The position numbers and the translations under genes are program-made. 32,144 bases of DNA from Octopus bimaculoides (Eukaryota), in contig NC_069004.1 in NCBI RefSeq assembly GCF_001194135.2, positions 15,108,808-15,140,951 of the forward strand, read 5' to 3'. The notes beneath the pieces were generated by a model that was not told where the DNA came from, did not search any database, and worked only from the letters and a program-made list of their open reading frames with translations. Shown piece by piece: positions 10,259 to 21,326 of the stretch; the first letter of the stretch is position 1, and each line of letters opens with the position of its first letter.

Positions 10259-10901
10259 CAGCGCTGGATTAACCATTAAGCAAAATATGCACGTGCCTAG
10301 GGCATCAAGGGAAGGGGAGGGGGCACCACAGAAAAGCTAAATAGTTTACAGCACAAAAGAAATCACTTTAAACTTGCTAAAATAATATTCAGAGTGTCTT
10401 ATCTCTTCTAAGTAGAGAAGCAGATGTGTTACGTGAGATTAATTTTTGGGAGCTGATCAAAGACTGCAATTAAAAAAAGTGAGAGAAAACTTTTCAAATA
10501 AAAGTAAAGTGGAAGTCATCATCATCATCATCATCATTTAACGTCCGCTTTCCATGCTAGCATGGGTCGGACGATTTGACTGGGGACTGACTGGTGAAGC
10601 GGATGGCTACACCAGACTCCAATCTGATCTGGCAAAGTTTCTACAGCTCGATGCCTTCCTAATGCCAACCACTCCAAGAGTGTAGTGGGTGCTTTTTACG
10701 TGCCACTGGCACGAGGACCAGTCTGGCAGTACTGGCACAAAAATAAACATTATTTTCCATCTTACTGTTAGTTTTGATTCATTTTGAAAAATAAAAATTT
10801 ATAATGTGTTTTATCATTGTTTATATTTTGAATTCCATATATATGGAGACACCAAAATCTTTTAAGTGCATAGGGCCTCTATAGGTCATAATCTGGCTCT
10901 G
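10259..10901. mobile_element. Non-autonomous hAT-like DNA transposon with a nested RTE-tail repeat
   Basis: TIRs CAGCGCTGGATTA / TAATCTGGCTCTG; perfect 8-bp TSD GCTGTAGA at 10251-10258 and 10902-10909. Confidence 0.85.
10517..10737 (-). mobile_element. RTE-tail repeat copy (nested in the hAT element)
   Basis: (CAT)n then TTTAACGTCCGCTTTCCATGCTAGCATGGG...GATGCC.TTCCTAATGCCAACCACTCC. Confidence 0.85.
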
Positions 10902-10995
10902 GCTGTAGATCCCCAATTAGCTATTTTGCTTGCTTGGACCTCTAAGGGTTGTACAGACCCCAGTTGAGAATTACTGATTTAAACAAATCACATAC

Positions 10996-11123
10996 CTTTG
11001 AAATATCATCTGTTGATGACAAACTGAATGGATGACCAGACAGACTGTAAGCTTCTTCTTCGAGAGCGCTGACTTTGGCTTGCAGGATATTCTTCTGAAC
11101 TTCACTCTCTTCAGTGCTGAATC
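10996..11123 (-). CDS. POLQ: POLQ exon (GFSTEESEVQKNILQAKVSALEEEAYSLSGHPFSLSSTDDISK)
   Basis: PolA thumb AYxLxGHxFxLxS; CCCCAG| and |GTATGT; 128 nt, phase 1 to 0. Confidence 0.94.
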
Positions 11124-11305
11124 CTGGGGTGACAGAAAGTGAAAAATTTAAGAGATGAAGAGAATAATTTACAGTTTTAGTAAAGAAAGTGGAGGGTTTT
11201 TTAAATTTTACTTAAATGGCTGAGTCAGAAGGTGAAAGGCAGGCTGAGAATGGTAGGAAGAAAATAGGAAGTTATTCTAAGAATGGTGAGTGAGCCCAAA
11301 TGCTT

Positions 11306-11562
11306 ATCATCATCATCATTATCGTCGTTTAACGTCCGCTTTCTATGCTAGCATGGGTTGGACGATTTGACTGAGGACTGGCAAGCCAGAAGGCTGCACC
11401 AGGCTCCAATCTGATCTGGCAGAGTTTCTACAGCTGGATGCCCTTCCTAACGCCAACCACTCCAAGAGTGTAGTGGGTGCTTTTACGTGCCACCGGCACG
11501 TGGGCCAGTCACACAGTACTGGCAACGGCCACACTCTAAAAGGTGTTTTTTATGTGCCAGTC
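11306..11562 (-). mobile_element. RTE-tail repeat copy
   Basis: (CAT)n tail and a core nearly identical to 28107-28335 and to the reverse complement of 31880-32118. Confidence 0.85.
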
Positions 11563-11875
11563 CAGCTTATAACAGTGCGAACTCTGCTAAAGCCACCCAA
11601 GGTCCATGAGGTGGTTTTAAACTGGGAAACGAATGGGTAACGGATTAAGACTACTACCCAAGAACAGGAATGGTACCTCCAATGTGTTTTCCAAAGTTTC
11701 ATCTTCTAAAATTTCACTTACTAGGCTTTGGCTAACCTGAAGCTATAGTAGAAGATATTTTCCCAAAGGGCAACAAAGTGGAAAAGATTAGGAAAATTAA
11801 GAAAAATAAAGATAAATATTGTCTTTTAATAAATAGCTAAAGAGAATGGTGGAGAGAAAACAAACAAAAATATAC

Positions 11876-12088
11876 CAAATCCATTCAGCTCCATTCGACT
11901 AATTGTATTAATGAGAGGCATCTCAACATTAATAAATGGTTCATACAACTGTTCTTCTGTCAAAGCTTCTTCAAGATGTTTCATTAAATGCCATATCAAG
12001 ACAGCTTCAGTAGTGCAACGTCGTCTCCCACAGCTGGTATTTGTTGGGGTCAATCCTAAACTACCATGACCATGACTTCCACCGATAT
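11876..12088 (-). CDS. POLQ: POLQ exon (DIGGSHGHGSLGL...EAVLIWHLMKHL...VEMPLINTISRMELNGF)
   Basis: VEMPxxxxxxRMELNG PolA motif; TTTCAG| and |GTATAT; 213 nt, phase 1-1. Confidence 0.95.
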
Positions 12089-12850
12089 CTGAAACAAAAG
12101 GAAATGAGAAATATAACAGAGTCTTTGGGATAAAATCTCAGTGTTGTATGTAGCAAGTGTTGTAATATGCTCGTTGGCTTTAAAATGGGTTAAAAGACTA
12201 CAACAGATTCTGAGCCCTTTGAAAATATATCTTAGGAACATGCAGTAATTCTGAACCAGTTGAGAACCACTAATTTAAATAGTTATTATGAAAACTTAAT
12301 AAAATATGTAGAGAATAAAGTTGTGTACCTTAGCAGGTAAAGAGCCAAAACAACTAACACTAGGCATTTTCTCGGGGCTTTTAACATAGATACAAGACTA
12401 CAAATTTTTTGGCAAGGGCCATACCACTGCATGAAACCTTGGGCAAGTGTTTTCTGCTATAGACTCAGGCTGACCAAAGCCTTGTGGGTGAATTTGATTG
12501 GCGGAAGTTCCTATCATGTTTCTACATGTGTGTGAAAGTGCTCGGAGAGGAGGGAAAATTGTTGATTGCATATGTCCTATTATATGACTGGTACTTCATT
12601 GACTCTGGAAAGAAGTAAGATAGCAGTGACCTAGGTGGAGTCAAAGATACGTAACTAAATATCACAAGGTATCATTGAACAGTTCTCCAACAATCCTCCT
12701 CAATATAAACTTTTGTGTAGATTAATTCAAAATATGTTCGACAGTATCAAGCCTACGTATAGCAAAATGTCTTGCACCTGTCTTTCAGAATGGTGTCTCA
12801 AAAGAATATCTTGTGTGATTTCTCCAGATTTATCAAAACACCAACGTCAG

Positions 12851-13015
12851 CAAACAAGCAATCACTACAAGATTTTGCCTGAAACAAGCAATTACTACAA
12901 GATGTTGTCACAAGCAATTCAAGCAGTATAAAATGTTGCCACAAACATGCAATCTTCATAAAATGTTGCCTGAAACAAGTAACCAGTTATAAAATGTTGC
13001 CACAAACAAGCAATC
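12851..13015. repeat. Degenerate ~30-bp minisatellite (~5-6 units)
   Basis: Recurring AAACAAGCAAT...ATAAAATGTTGCC(TG/AC)A units. Confidence 0.8.
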
Positions 13016-13035
13016 GGTCACTCCATCAGCCTGAA

Positions 13036-13254
13036 CCCTTTAGCATTCAGATTATTCTATGAAATGCAATGCTTATTTATTCTCATTGTTTTGAATTAAC
13101 CATGTATTATCACATAGCTTCAAAATTTAGATGATGTGATTGTTATTTTTAAAATGACATTACAGGGTAGGTGTGAGAGGCTGGATCTGGCTGGTTTAAA
13201 TGTAAAACAGGTTGCATATTTGGGCTGGATAAGGCCAGTTTAAATGCTAAAGGA
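13036..13254 (+). mobile_element. piggyBac-like MITE
   Basis: TGAA|CCCTTTAGCATT...AATGCTAAAGGA|TTAA; family shared with 6708 and 9226. Confidence 0.8.
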
Positions 13255-13298
13255 TTAAATTAAGTAAGATAATAAATAATTAAGAAACACTAACTCAC

Positions 13299-13592
13299 CA
13301 TCAAGAATATGCTTTACTGATGGCAGATAGGAGAAGATTAGTTGGTGAAAGTTAGACTCTTTTGCACCAGGGTCTAACAACCAACTAGCAATTTTCGGGT
13401 CCATGAAGGTATATCTGGGTGCCACAGAGATAGTAGTGGTTACAGCACGGTAAGTTGCCTTTGCATCAAATGCTACAATTTTTATATCACTACGACTGTG
13501 TGCAGTAAAAATCTTTCTAAGTGCCTGGAGTCTCTCATCGATGCTAATGGTTGCGTCAATTGGTGGTGGAGCAAGAGTGTCATCAGGTTCAT
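13299..13592 (-). CDS. POLQ: POLQ exon, exonuclease-like subdomain (DEPDDTLAPPP...DPKIASWLLDPGAKE...KHILD)
   Basis: DPKxAxWLLDP motif; open frame with no stops; GATAG| and |GTGAGT; 294 nt, phase 1-1. Confidence 0.94.
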
Positions 13593-13784
13593 CTATCGAA
13601 ATATTTGAACAAACAAAAACAGAAAATGATAAATCAGAGTATGATAAAATAATATAGAGTATGATAATGTATGATAAAACAATTACAGGAAAAACAACAA
13701 TTAGTGACAGAATAATTAATTAATTAATATTGTAGTTTGTCAACATGCTCTTCTGGCTGTGCAATTTCAATATACATGTGAACA

Positions 13785-14172
13785 GAGCAATAGTGTATTG
13801 AGGAAAAAGTTAAGCATAAGAATTAGATGCAGTATGCAAGAGAGGAGACTACTGGTTTGGTCATGTGACGCATATGGCTGTAGATAATTGCATACAGAAG
13901 TGCTAACCACTTAAAGTGGATGGAACTTGTGGAAGAGGGAGACCCAGGAAGACAAAGTTGATACTGATGCAGGTGCCACATAAAAAGCATTCATACTGCA
14001 GTCCCATTAAAAACACTGGTGCTGATGCCACATAAAATGCACTCAGTATGCTAATCATGCCAGAACAGACAATGGAACCTGGTGCAGCCCATGACCATAT
14101 CAGCTCCAGTCAAACTGTCCAACCCATGCCAGCATGAAAAACTGACATTAAATGACAATGATGATGATGATG
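13785..14172 (+). mobile_element. RTE-type LINE 3' end with 3' repeat and (GAT)n tail
   Basis: Decayed MQERR..WFGHVTHM...VDGTCGRGRPRKT joined to GTCAAACTGTCCAACCCATGCCAGCATG and GATGATGATG. Confidence 0.75.
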
Positions 14173-14324
14173 GTAAGATCTTCAGTAGTATCACATTAAG
14201 ACTAACAGAGAAAGCAGACTTTGCAGCACAGGAGCAGCAAACATTAAGAACAGACAAGAAATAGATGTTAAAGTGATAAGGGATAATATTGGGAGTGCAA
14301 AATGAGTGACGAGACTAGCAATTT

Positions 14325-14737
14325 CAAGGGAGAGGGTAGGTCAATTACACCAACCCCAATGTTCAAATAGTACTTATTTTAACACTTCTGAAATGATGAA
14401 AAGCAAAATTGACCTCAGCAGAATCTGAACTCAGAATGTAAAGAGAAACAAAATGCCGCATAGCATTTTGCTCAATGTGTTAATGATTCTGCCAGTTCAC
14501 TGCCTTTATAATAATAATCCTTTCCACGAAAGGTACAATGCCTGAAATTTCAGGGGAAGGGGATAAGTTGATTACTTTGACCCCAGTCCACAACTGGTAC
14601 TTATTTTATTGACCCTGAAAGGATGGAAGGGAAAAAGTCGACCATCGCAGAATTTGAACTCAGAACATAAAGACGAACAAAATGCCACTGAGCATTTACT
14701 CAGTGAGCTAACAATTCTGTCTTCTCGTCGCCTCCTC
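14325..14737 (-). mobile_element. Two head-to-tail tRNA-like SINE copies (~14325-14497 and ~14520-14737)
   Basis: Each has GAATYTGAACTCAGAA (B-box-like GAGTTCAAATT on the minus strand) and TACTTATTT; same family as 25640-26235. Confidence 0.8.
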
Positions 14738-14787
14738 CGGCTCAGTAGTTAACAACAGTAAATGTTCATTTAAATTTTATGACTCAC

Positions 14788-14916
14788 CTATTGAGTTGTC
14801 TTTTGTTAAGGCTACATAATAAGCATCGTGTTTGTTCCAGCATACAGCAAAACCAGCCACAAGTGAACCTTCAAACTTTAGAGTATTCTTATCATTCAAA
14901 TATTTCAATGGGACTC
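14788..14916 (-). CDS. POLQ: POLQ exon (GVPLKYLNDKNTLKFEGSLVAGFAVCWNKHDAYYVALTKDNSI)
   Basis: VxGxAVCWxxxDAYY motif; the acceptor TTTTCTGTTTAAAAG| at 14917 is the one matching the upstream phase-1 donor; donor |GTGAGT; 129 nt. Confidence 0.88.
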
Positions 14917-15156
14917 CTTTTAAACAGAAAATTTTGTTCTCAGAATCAATACTAAATAAAATTATTGGACAAGACAAAAAAATATAAATTGTGATTATTG
15001 TTTTAACAGTCTACTATCAAATACAACATTCAGCTGGTCAAGTTATTACACAGAATTTAATTAAGTCTCACACATCTTTGAGCTAAATTGAAATCTCAGT
15101 CTTTCACACACGATAAGTGAATGTTTCATCACCAACTAAATACACTGGACTCTTAC

Positions 15157-17564
15157 CTTGCATAAAATTTGCCCCAATTCCTGCGTCAGCATCTAGTGGT
15201 GGTAGATTTTCACAACCAATTGATAGTGCGTATTTTTGTTTGGTAAGCCATTCAGCTATAAAAGTATCAAATAGACTGTGACTGGAACAAACATCAATAA
15301 TGGTAAATTCTGCTTGAGAGCATGGTTGGCTAGCATCACACAAGGGGACCACTTTATTATTTGCCTGTTGATCAATATCTAAAACTTCTAGGTTTTCAAT
15401 TCCATCAACTTCTGTAGGCTTTAAACAATCAGAGTTCATATTGGATTTTTTTAAGCATTCAGTAAATTGGTCTGTTGTTGTTAAAGCTGTATCAGAATGA
15501 CAGCCTGCATTCATAGTTTTCTTTGAATGCAAACTTTTTGTAGCAGAAGAGTTTGTTGTAGAGTAAACTTGGCCAGTTTTCTCATTATTATTTTTTTTAT
15601 TTAATACTGAAGATGAACTAACCTCCATAGTTTTAGAACCTTTATTACGAAAAAGAGTTGGAGTACTAACGGTAGAAAGATCAAGAGATAAAGAAAAAAG
15701 ATCTGGAGGTGTTGATGGAATAAAATCATTGTTGCTGTTATCATAATTCATAAGACTGACTTCCTCACTTTTATCCTCAGAGAAACTTGTTTCGGAGTTA
15801 GAAGAGTTTCTTTTGCGTTTTTTAATGGAAATCATAGACTCATCTAAATTCCTGCGACACTGTCTACTTGTAACATTTTTTTGAGATTCTAATGCATTAG
15901 CAGAAGCATTACTATTTATACCGTTTACTTTTATAATTTCAGAATGATAATTCTTTCCAAAAGCATTCTTTGTTTCGGCTGGAAGAATTTTTTCTATCAA
16001 AGTTGCAGTAAGAGATTCACCAAATACATCTTCAGTTTTATCAGAACAATTTTGATTCTCGAAAACATCAACAGGCAAAGGTGTAAATAGGTCTTCATTA
16101 GATTGGTTTATATACTTATTTGTTTCATAGTCCTTGGCAGATCTGTTACTATCAAATGAACATGTGTTTTTTGCCTCATTCTCTTCAAAAGACTGAAATA
16201 AATCATTTTCCTCAACTGAAGAATTATGAAAACTCAGATTTTCATTGTACGCAATCCTCTCATGACAGCTAGCAGGTAACAATAAACTGGGTTCATATGA
16301 TACTTCAAAGGTGCTGTTGGAAGTCTGAAATATTTCCAAATTCGGTGATTTTTCTTTATCTTGAACTGTGAAACAAGAATTTTCAAATACTTCTTTAGCA
16401 TCTTCAGACATTAATGATGATTGCTTTCCAAAATGAATACATTTATCTCCTTGAACTCTGGCTCTAGTTTCGGGATGTTTATTTTCAGCAAAAAGAAGTG
16501 GAGAAGTTTCTTGATTACTAGTCACTTTTTGTTTTGGCTCATTAACATTTTTCTCAGCAATTAGAAGCATCTGGGTGTCCAGTTCAAAACTGTCAACAAA
16601 AATATCTAAATTCGATATATCTCCACAGAAATCAACATCGGTTGAATTCTCTGGATTGTTTTGATTAGATTTACCACTGGATTCCACATGTGACTCTCTA
16701 CTTACAGTTTTCAGTTGATCATGAAATTCTCCTCTATTAGAAGTTAGTAATGGCTCACATACATTCTCCTGAACCTCAGTCATATTTTGGGAAAACCTTT
16801 CTAAGTTTTCTGTTCTGTTTTTATTACTGCTACTTGATCTGAGAAGCAAGAGTTTCGTCTCAGAAGAATTCAATTGATGGTTCTTGTCTCTTCCCATATC
16901 ATCAACATTTGAAAAAACTTTGTCCTTGTTCTTTGTGCGGTCTGGTTCAGATATATTATTACTATTGACTGGGAAAATAGTTCTTGCATTAGAATGAACC
17001 AAGTCTTCAGGCTTGGATATTGTAGATTTGCAAGTAGTGCTCGATAAGTGATTTGCTGTGGTAATGTTTTGAATAGGTTCTTGAGAAGAATTAAGATTTT
17101 CAGAACATTGCTTCTCTTGTAAATCTAAAATTGTTTTCCCTAATATGTTTGTTGAAGAGTTGATTGTCGAAGTAGAAAAATCAGCACCAGAATGACTGTT
17201 ACTAACTGAAAGATTAGTGACTGATTGATTATTACCATCTACCAAGTGATTCCCAATTTTCGTTAAATGAGGGTTTTCAGGTAAATTAGAATTAGGATTC
17301 ATTTCTAGATTATAAGCATTTGGCTCATTTCTGAAATGCGTGATTGTCTGTGCTAAGCCAGAGACCTGAGGCACTGATGCAGACTCAGTCCACTTCAGTT
17401 CAACTCCACCAAGACCATCTTCAATGATATGTTTAGCTTCTTTGATAATTCTTAATGCTGCTTCTTGTGCAGTCATGCCTTGACAGCCATGTAACCAAAT
17501 ACAACGACTTTTACGTAATCTCTTCAAAGCCTCCCATTCTGTTTCATCTTCGGTCTGTTTATTA
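15157..17564 (-). CDS. POLQ: POLQ giant exon: end of helicase domain, disordered central domain, start of polymerase domain
   Basis: 2408 nt open; starts (S)NKQTEDETEWEALKRLRKSRCIWLHGCQGMTAQEAALRII and ends SQAEFTIIDVCSSHSLFDTFIAEW...YALSIGCE...GIGANFMQ; TGTTTTAG| and |GTAAGA; phase 2 to 1. Confidence 0.96.
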
Positions 17565-17745
17565 CTAAAACAAAAAATTATATATATAAATCAGAAGTCT
17601 TATCAAAATTGATTTTTAACTAGGACTCAGAATGAAGTAACAGAATACAAAACACACATGCAATGTGTGTATATACACACACACAAACTCACATATATAC
17701 ATATATGTAATCTTCAATATGTATACAATGTATGCTAGTGTGTGT

Positions 17746-17778
<33 letters not shown>

Positions 17779-18248
17779 AGTCTCTGGTGAACAGTAACAT
17801 GAAACTATGAGTATCAGTTAGTGAAGATCATTTTTTGGCTTTAATAAAAAGCATATTACTCTATCTTTGGTATTTGAGTACTATTTTTTCCACAAGAAGA
17901 AACAATGAACAAGTCCAATAAATCTCTTAAAATTCTAGTATAAACAATTTGAATGTTAAATAGTTTACTGTCTCTGGTCGCAAGACATAGAGATTGTTTT
18001 GTGGGGAGCAAATCTAAATAGGTTATTTGTAAACAGGCACATTACAAATGTTTAATATTACAAAATCGCATTAAAGTAGCAAACTGAAATAGAATCAACA
18101 CTTTAATGGATCACAAGTTTAACATAATACTAATTAACAACCCAAGTTTCATCACTTTCTTGACATCAGTACATACTTGTTTATAACTAAGATACATTTT
18201 ATTCCACAAGTCTTCTTATATTGAAACTGCTGATCTGACGGATGTACA

Positions 18249-18830
18249 GTCGTCGTCATCGTTTAACGTCCACTTTCCATGCTAGCATGGGTTGGACGAG
18301 TTGACTGAGGACTGGTGGACCAGGAGGTGACACCAGGCTCCAATCTGATTTGGCAGAGTTTCTACAGCTGGATGCCCTTCTTAACGCCAACCACTCCGAG
18401 AGTGTAGTGGGTGCTTTTATGTGCCACCGGCATGAGGGCCAGTCAAGCAGTACTGGCGACGGCCACGCTCGAAATGGTGTATTTTACGTGTCACCTGCAC
18501 TGGCAACGATCTCGCTCGAATGTCTTTTCACGTGCCACTGGCACAAGTGCCAGGAAGGCGACATTGGTAACGATCACGCTGGTGCTATTTACGTGCCACC
18601 GGCATGGAAGCCAGACAGCTGCTCTGGCAACGATCACACTCAGACGATGCTCTTAGTGCTCCACTGGTACAGGTGCCATCACGATTTCGCTTTTGCTTGC
18701 CCCAACAGGTCTTCGCAAGCCGAGTTTAGTGTTCCTACAAATTTAGTTCGATTTCGATTTCACTTGCCTCACCATGTTTTCGCAAGCAGAGTTTAGTGTC
18801 CAATGAAGGAATGTTACGCGTATATAACAT
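18249..18830 (-). mobile_element. Long copy of the RTE-tail repeat with internal tandem subrepeats
   Basis: Standard core at 18260-18430, then repeated GGCAACGATC...TTTTACGTGCCAC units. Confidence 0.8.
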
Positions 18831-18945
18831 CAATCATTTGGCCATAGTCCGCATCGACTTCAAAAGCAATAAGAAAAGCAGAGTCAACAAAATTTTAATT
18901 TTAAAAATATAGAAATTGTTGTACTTACTGAAGTAAATAATTTAC

Positions 18946-19189
18946 CTTTGGAATTGGGTTCCAGTGTGAAGAACAAATTCAAGTTGGGTGGCATCAGCTG
19001 TGGCAAGATCAGCAATCGAAGTATAACCAGCAGAAAACAGTAATCTAGCTTGTTGGCCATTCAATAGTGAAATACGCACTAAGTCGCATAGTTCTGGTTG
19101 GATACCAAATGTCAGACGACTGTGAAACTGGGAGAGAAGAACTTCAAGCATAGTCCATCCTAAGCGAGCACAGAATACTGTGACCATCC
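18946..19189 (-). CDS. POLQ: POLQ exon (GMVTVFCARLGW...FGIQPELCDLVRISLLNGQQARLLFSAGYTSIADLA)
   Basis: Conserved C-terminal helicase subdomain; TGTCAG| and |GTAAAT; 244 nt, phase 1 to 2. Confidence 0.96.
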
Positions 19190-19285
19190 CTGACAAATTA
19201 ACATGAAATATTTAGTCATTTTTAATATATCCCTTCATAAATATATATATGGAAATGTACATAAATATATAGAGCTCTAAATATA

Positions 19286-19460
19286 TACAGGTGTGGCTGT
19301 GTGGTTAAGAAATTTACTTTTTTATCATATGTTCACAGTTCACTCCCACTGCATGGCACCTTGAGCAAGTGTCTTCTACTAAAGCCCTGGGTTGTCCAAA
19401 GCCTTGTGACTGGATTTGATACACAGAAGCTGAAAGAAACTTATCGTGTGTGTATGTGTA
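19286..19460 (+). mobile_element. tRNA-like SINE 5' part
   Basis: TGGCTGTGTGG A-box-like head, CCCACTGCATGGCACCTTGAGCAAGTGTCTTCTACT, AAAGCCTTGTG; same family as 30944-31325. Confidence 0.75.
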
Positions 19461-19494
19461 CACAGGTATGCCTCACCCTAAGTCATTAATTGGT

Positions 19495-19770
19495 TCCAGG
19501 AGACACGACTTAAGTCAAATTGCTTGTCTATAGGCTAGGCTAGGCTAGGCTAGGCCTGGCCTAGCCTAGTCTAAACTGCTAATAGCCATTCCCCAGTGCT
19601 GTACTTTATTTAGGAATGTATTTTCAATAAGACAGTTAATAAAAACCTATTTTAAGCTTACAAACAAATAACTATTATTTTGTAATAAAGTTAAAAAAAA
19701 AAATTCTTTTTAATTTACCAATACATAAAATTTGGTGAGTTGGACCATTGGCATAAGTTGACGTCTCTCA
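19495..19770. repeat. Element with a (GGCTA)n/(TAGCC)n hairpin and imperfect terminal inverted similarity
   Basis: CTAGGCTAGGCC-T-GGCCTAGCCTAG palindrome near 19545-19570; ends GAGACACGACTTAAGTCAA and TTGGCATAAGTTGACGTCTC. Confidence 0.4.
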
Positions 19771-19824
19771 GTAGCAGTTCGATGTGTAAAGACATGAAAT
19801 AAAATACGCTACTTAGAAAACAAA

Positions 19825-19925
19825 GGCTGGCATCAAGAGGGATGTCCAGCTGTAAAATATTGCAGTTGTAATTTTGTCCAACTCATGCCAGCATGAAAAA
19901 AGCAGACATAAAAATGGTGATAATG
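19825..19925 (+). mobile_element. Short RTE-tail repeat remnant
   Basis: GGATGTCCAGCTGTAAAA...CTCATGCCAGCATGAAAAAAGCAGACAT and a TGATAATGA tail. Confidence 0.6.
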
Positions 19926-20012
19926 AAAACAAACTAATTCATGCTGGCAGGGACATAAAATGAAAATTAAATTAGTCAAGGAAATATTCATTTTAAAGAT
20001 AAAGAACGTTAC

Positions 20013-20337
20013 CAGCAAATGTACCAGCTGATTGCTGGAGTGACTGGAGTTGCCCCTTGCTGCAAGTGTATTTCTTAGCAACTTCACTGAGTGGCATCTC
20101 TTGTACTAGATCATTCAGACATAGGCAGGTGTAGAATCTCTTGTGGATATTCAATGTACGTAGTTGTTTGGAAGTTTTCACCGGGATGTAACCTCTGATA
20201 GCTTTTGCAATAAAACCTTCTTCCACTCCAACTAGTTCAGCCACACGGTGCTGACCCGGGTCTAGTTTCTCCCACAGACAGTAGTAGTTATACCAGTCGA
20301 GGTTAGCAGCTATATCTTGATTGTAAATAGGAGTCAC
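20013..20337 (-). CDS. POLQ: POLQ exon (VTPIYNQ...VAELVGVEEGFI...HKRFYTCLCLNDLVQEMPL...GQLQSLQQSAGTFA)
   Basis: HKRFxTxLxLxDL and GQLQSLQQSA motifs; ACTTAG| and |GTAACG; 325 nt, phase 0 to 1. Confidence 0.97.
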
Positions 20338-20489
20338 CTAAGTAGAAGACAGAGAGCTAGATTACAAACCATCCATAACAATGGTCAGTGTGTCCATATT
20401 ATCACTAACTGCTAACACACCACATTAACTGACCAGCATTACAATATAAAGCAATGGTTTCTACTAACAATATGATCCCTCCAACCACA

Positions 20490-20787
20490 TAATTGCAGAC
20501 TGAAATGGTGGTTGTACCCAGTGCCAGTGACATGTGAACAGCACCCATGCCTGTGACACATAAAACACACCCGTGCTAGTGACATGTAAAAGGCACCCGT
20601 GTTGGTGACACATAAAAGACACCCAGTACACTCTTGGAGTGGTTGGTGTTAGGAAAAGCACCCAGCTGTAGAAACCAAACCAAACCAGACTAGACTAGAG
20701 CCTGGTACAGCTATCCGACTTATCAATACCAGTCAAAACCATTTAACCCATGCCAGCATGGAAAATAGATATTAAATGGTGATGATC
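20490..20787 (+). mobile_element. RTE-tail repeat copy with an internal ~23-bp tandem array
   Basis: About 4 units of GTG.(T/C)AGTGACA(TG/CA)TAAAA..CACCC precede the GTGGTTGGTGTTAGGAA core and AACCCATGCCAGCATGG. Confidence 0.75.
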
Positions 20788-21326
20788 CAGCTCAAATATT
20801 CTACCTGTTTTACACTCAAACCAGTCAGATGCAATCCTTAGGCTGGGTGCATTTTAACACCCCACTAGTTCCAGAGATGAAGTCAGTGACAGGATTAGAA
20901 AGGCCCCTCCATCCTCTATCAGTGGTTTGTTCAGATTTACTCTTCTGCTCTTCTGCACTGGGATTTGTGAAATCTATGTTTCTTCTCATCATACCTTTTC
21001 CTTTTCTTTTTTTTTTTTTTTTTTTGGAGCAGTTTCATGAGTCAACACCCGTTCTATTCTCAACCATTTTAAATGCATGGACTGGATACAAAACAAAAAT
21101 GTGATAAAATAATTTCAGATCCTCAAAGAGAATTGTAGCTCCTTCCAAAAAAATATTTCAGTGTTTATTCTTACTGTATTTTCCCTTCCCTCAGGTAGAA
21201 TTGAGAGCACCATTTATATAATTATAAAGGTTCAACTAGTTTTTACACCCCTCTCACTTCCATGAATCAATAACTAAATATATATATATAAAAGTTGGAA
21301 GAATATATAATGGAGAAAATATGCAC

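Noticed and set aside
14917-14977. Upstream in-frame extension and alternative acceptor TTTATTTAG at 14952
   Set aside because: Phase 2, incompatible with the strong phase-1 GTAAGA donor at 15156; it would need a weak alternative donor.
15104-17527. 807-aa ORF as a standalone novel gene
   Set aside because: It has proper splice sites and phases linking it to the helicase and polymerase exons; it is the POLQ central exon.
18350-18796. 148-aa ORF and its relatives (11343, 28176, 31743, 31894) that look like a gene family
   Set aside because: They are chance frames in copies of the same RTE-tail repeat.
18690-18800. Possible hammerhead in the duplicated GCGAAGAC...GAAA block
   Set aside because: No CUGANGA core or compatible stems on either strand.
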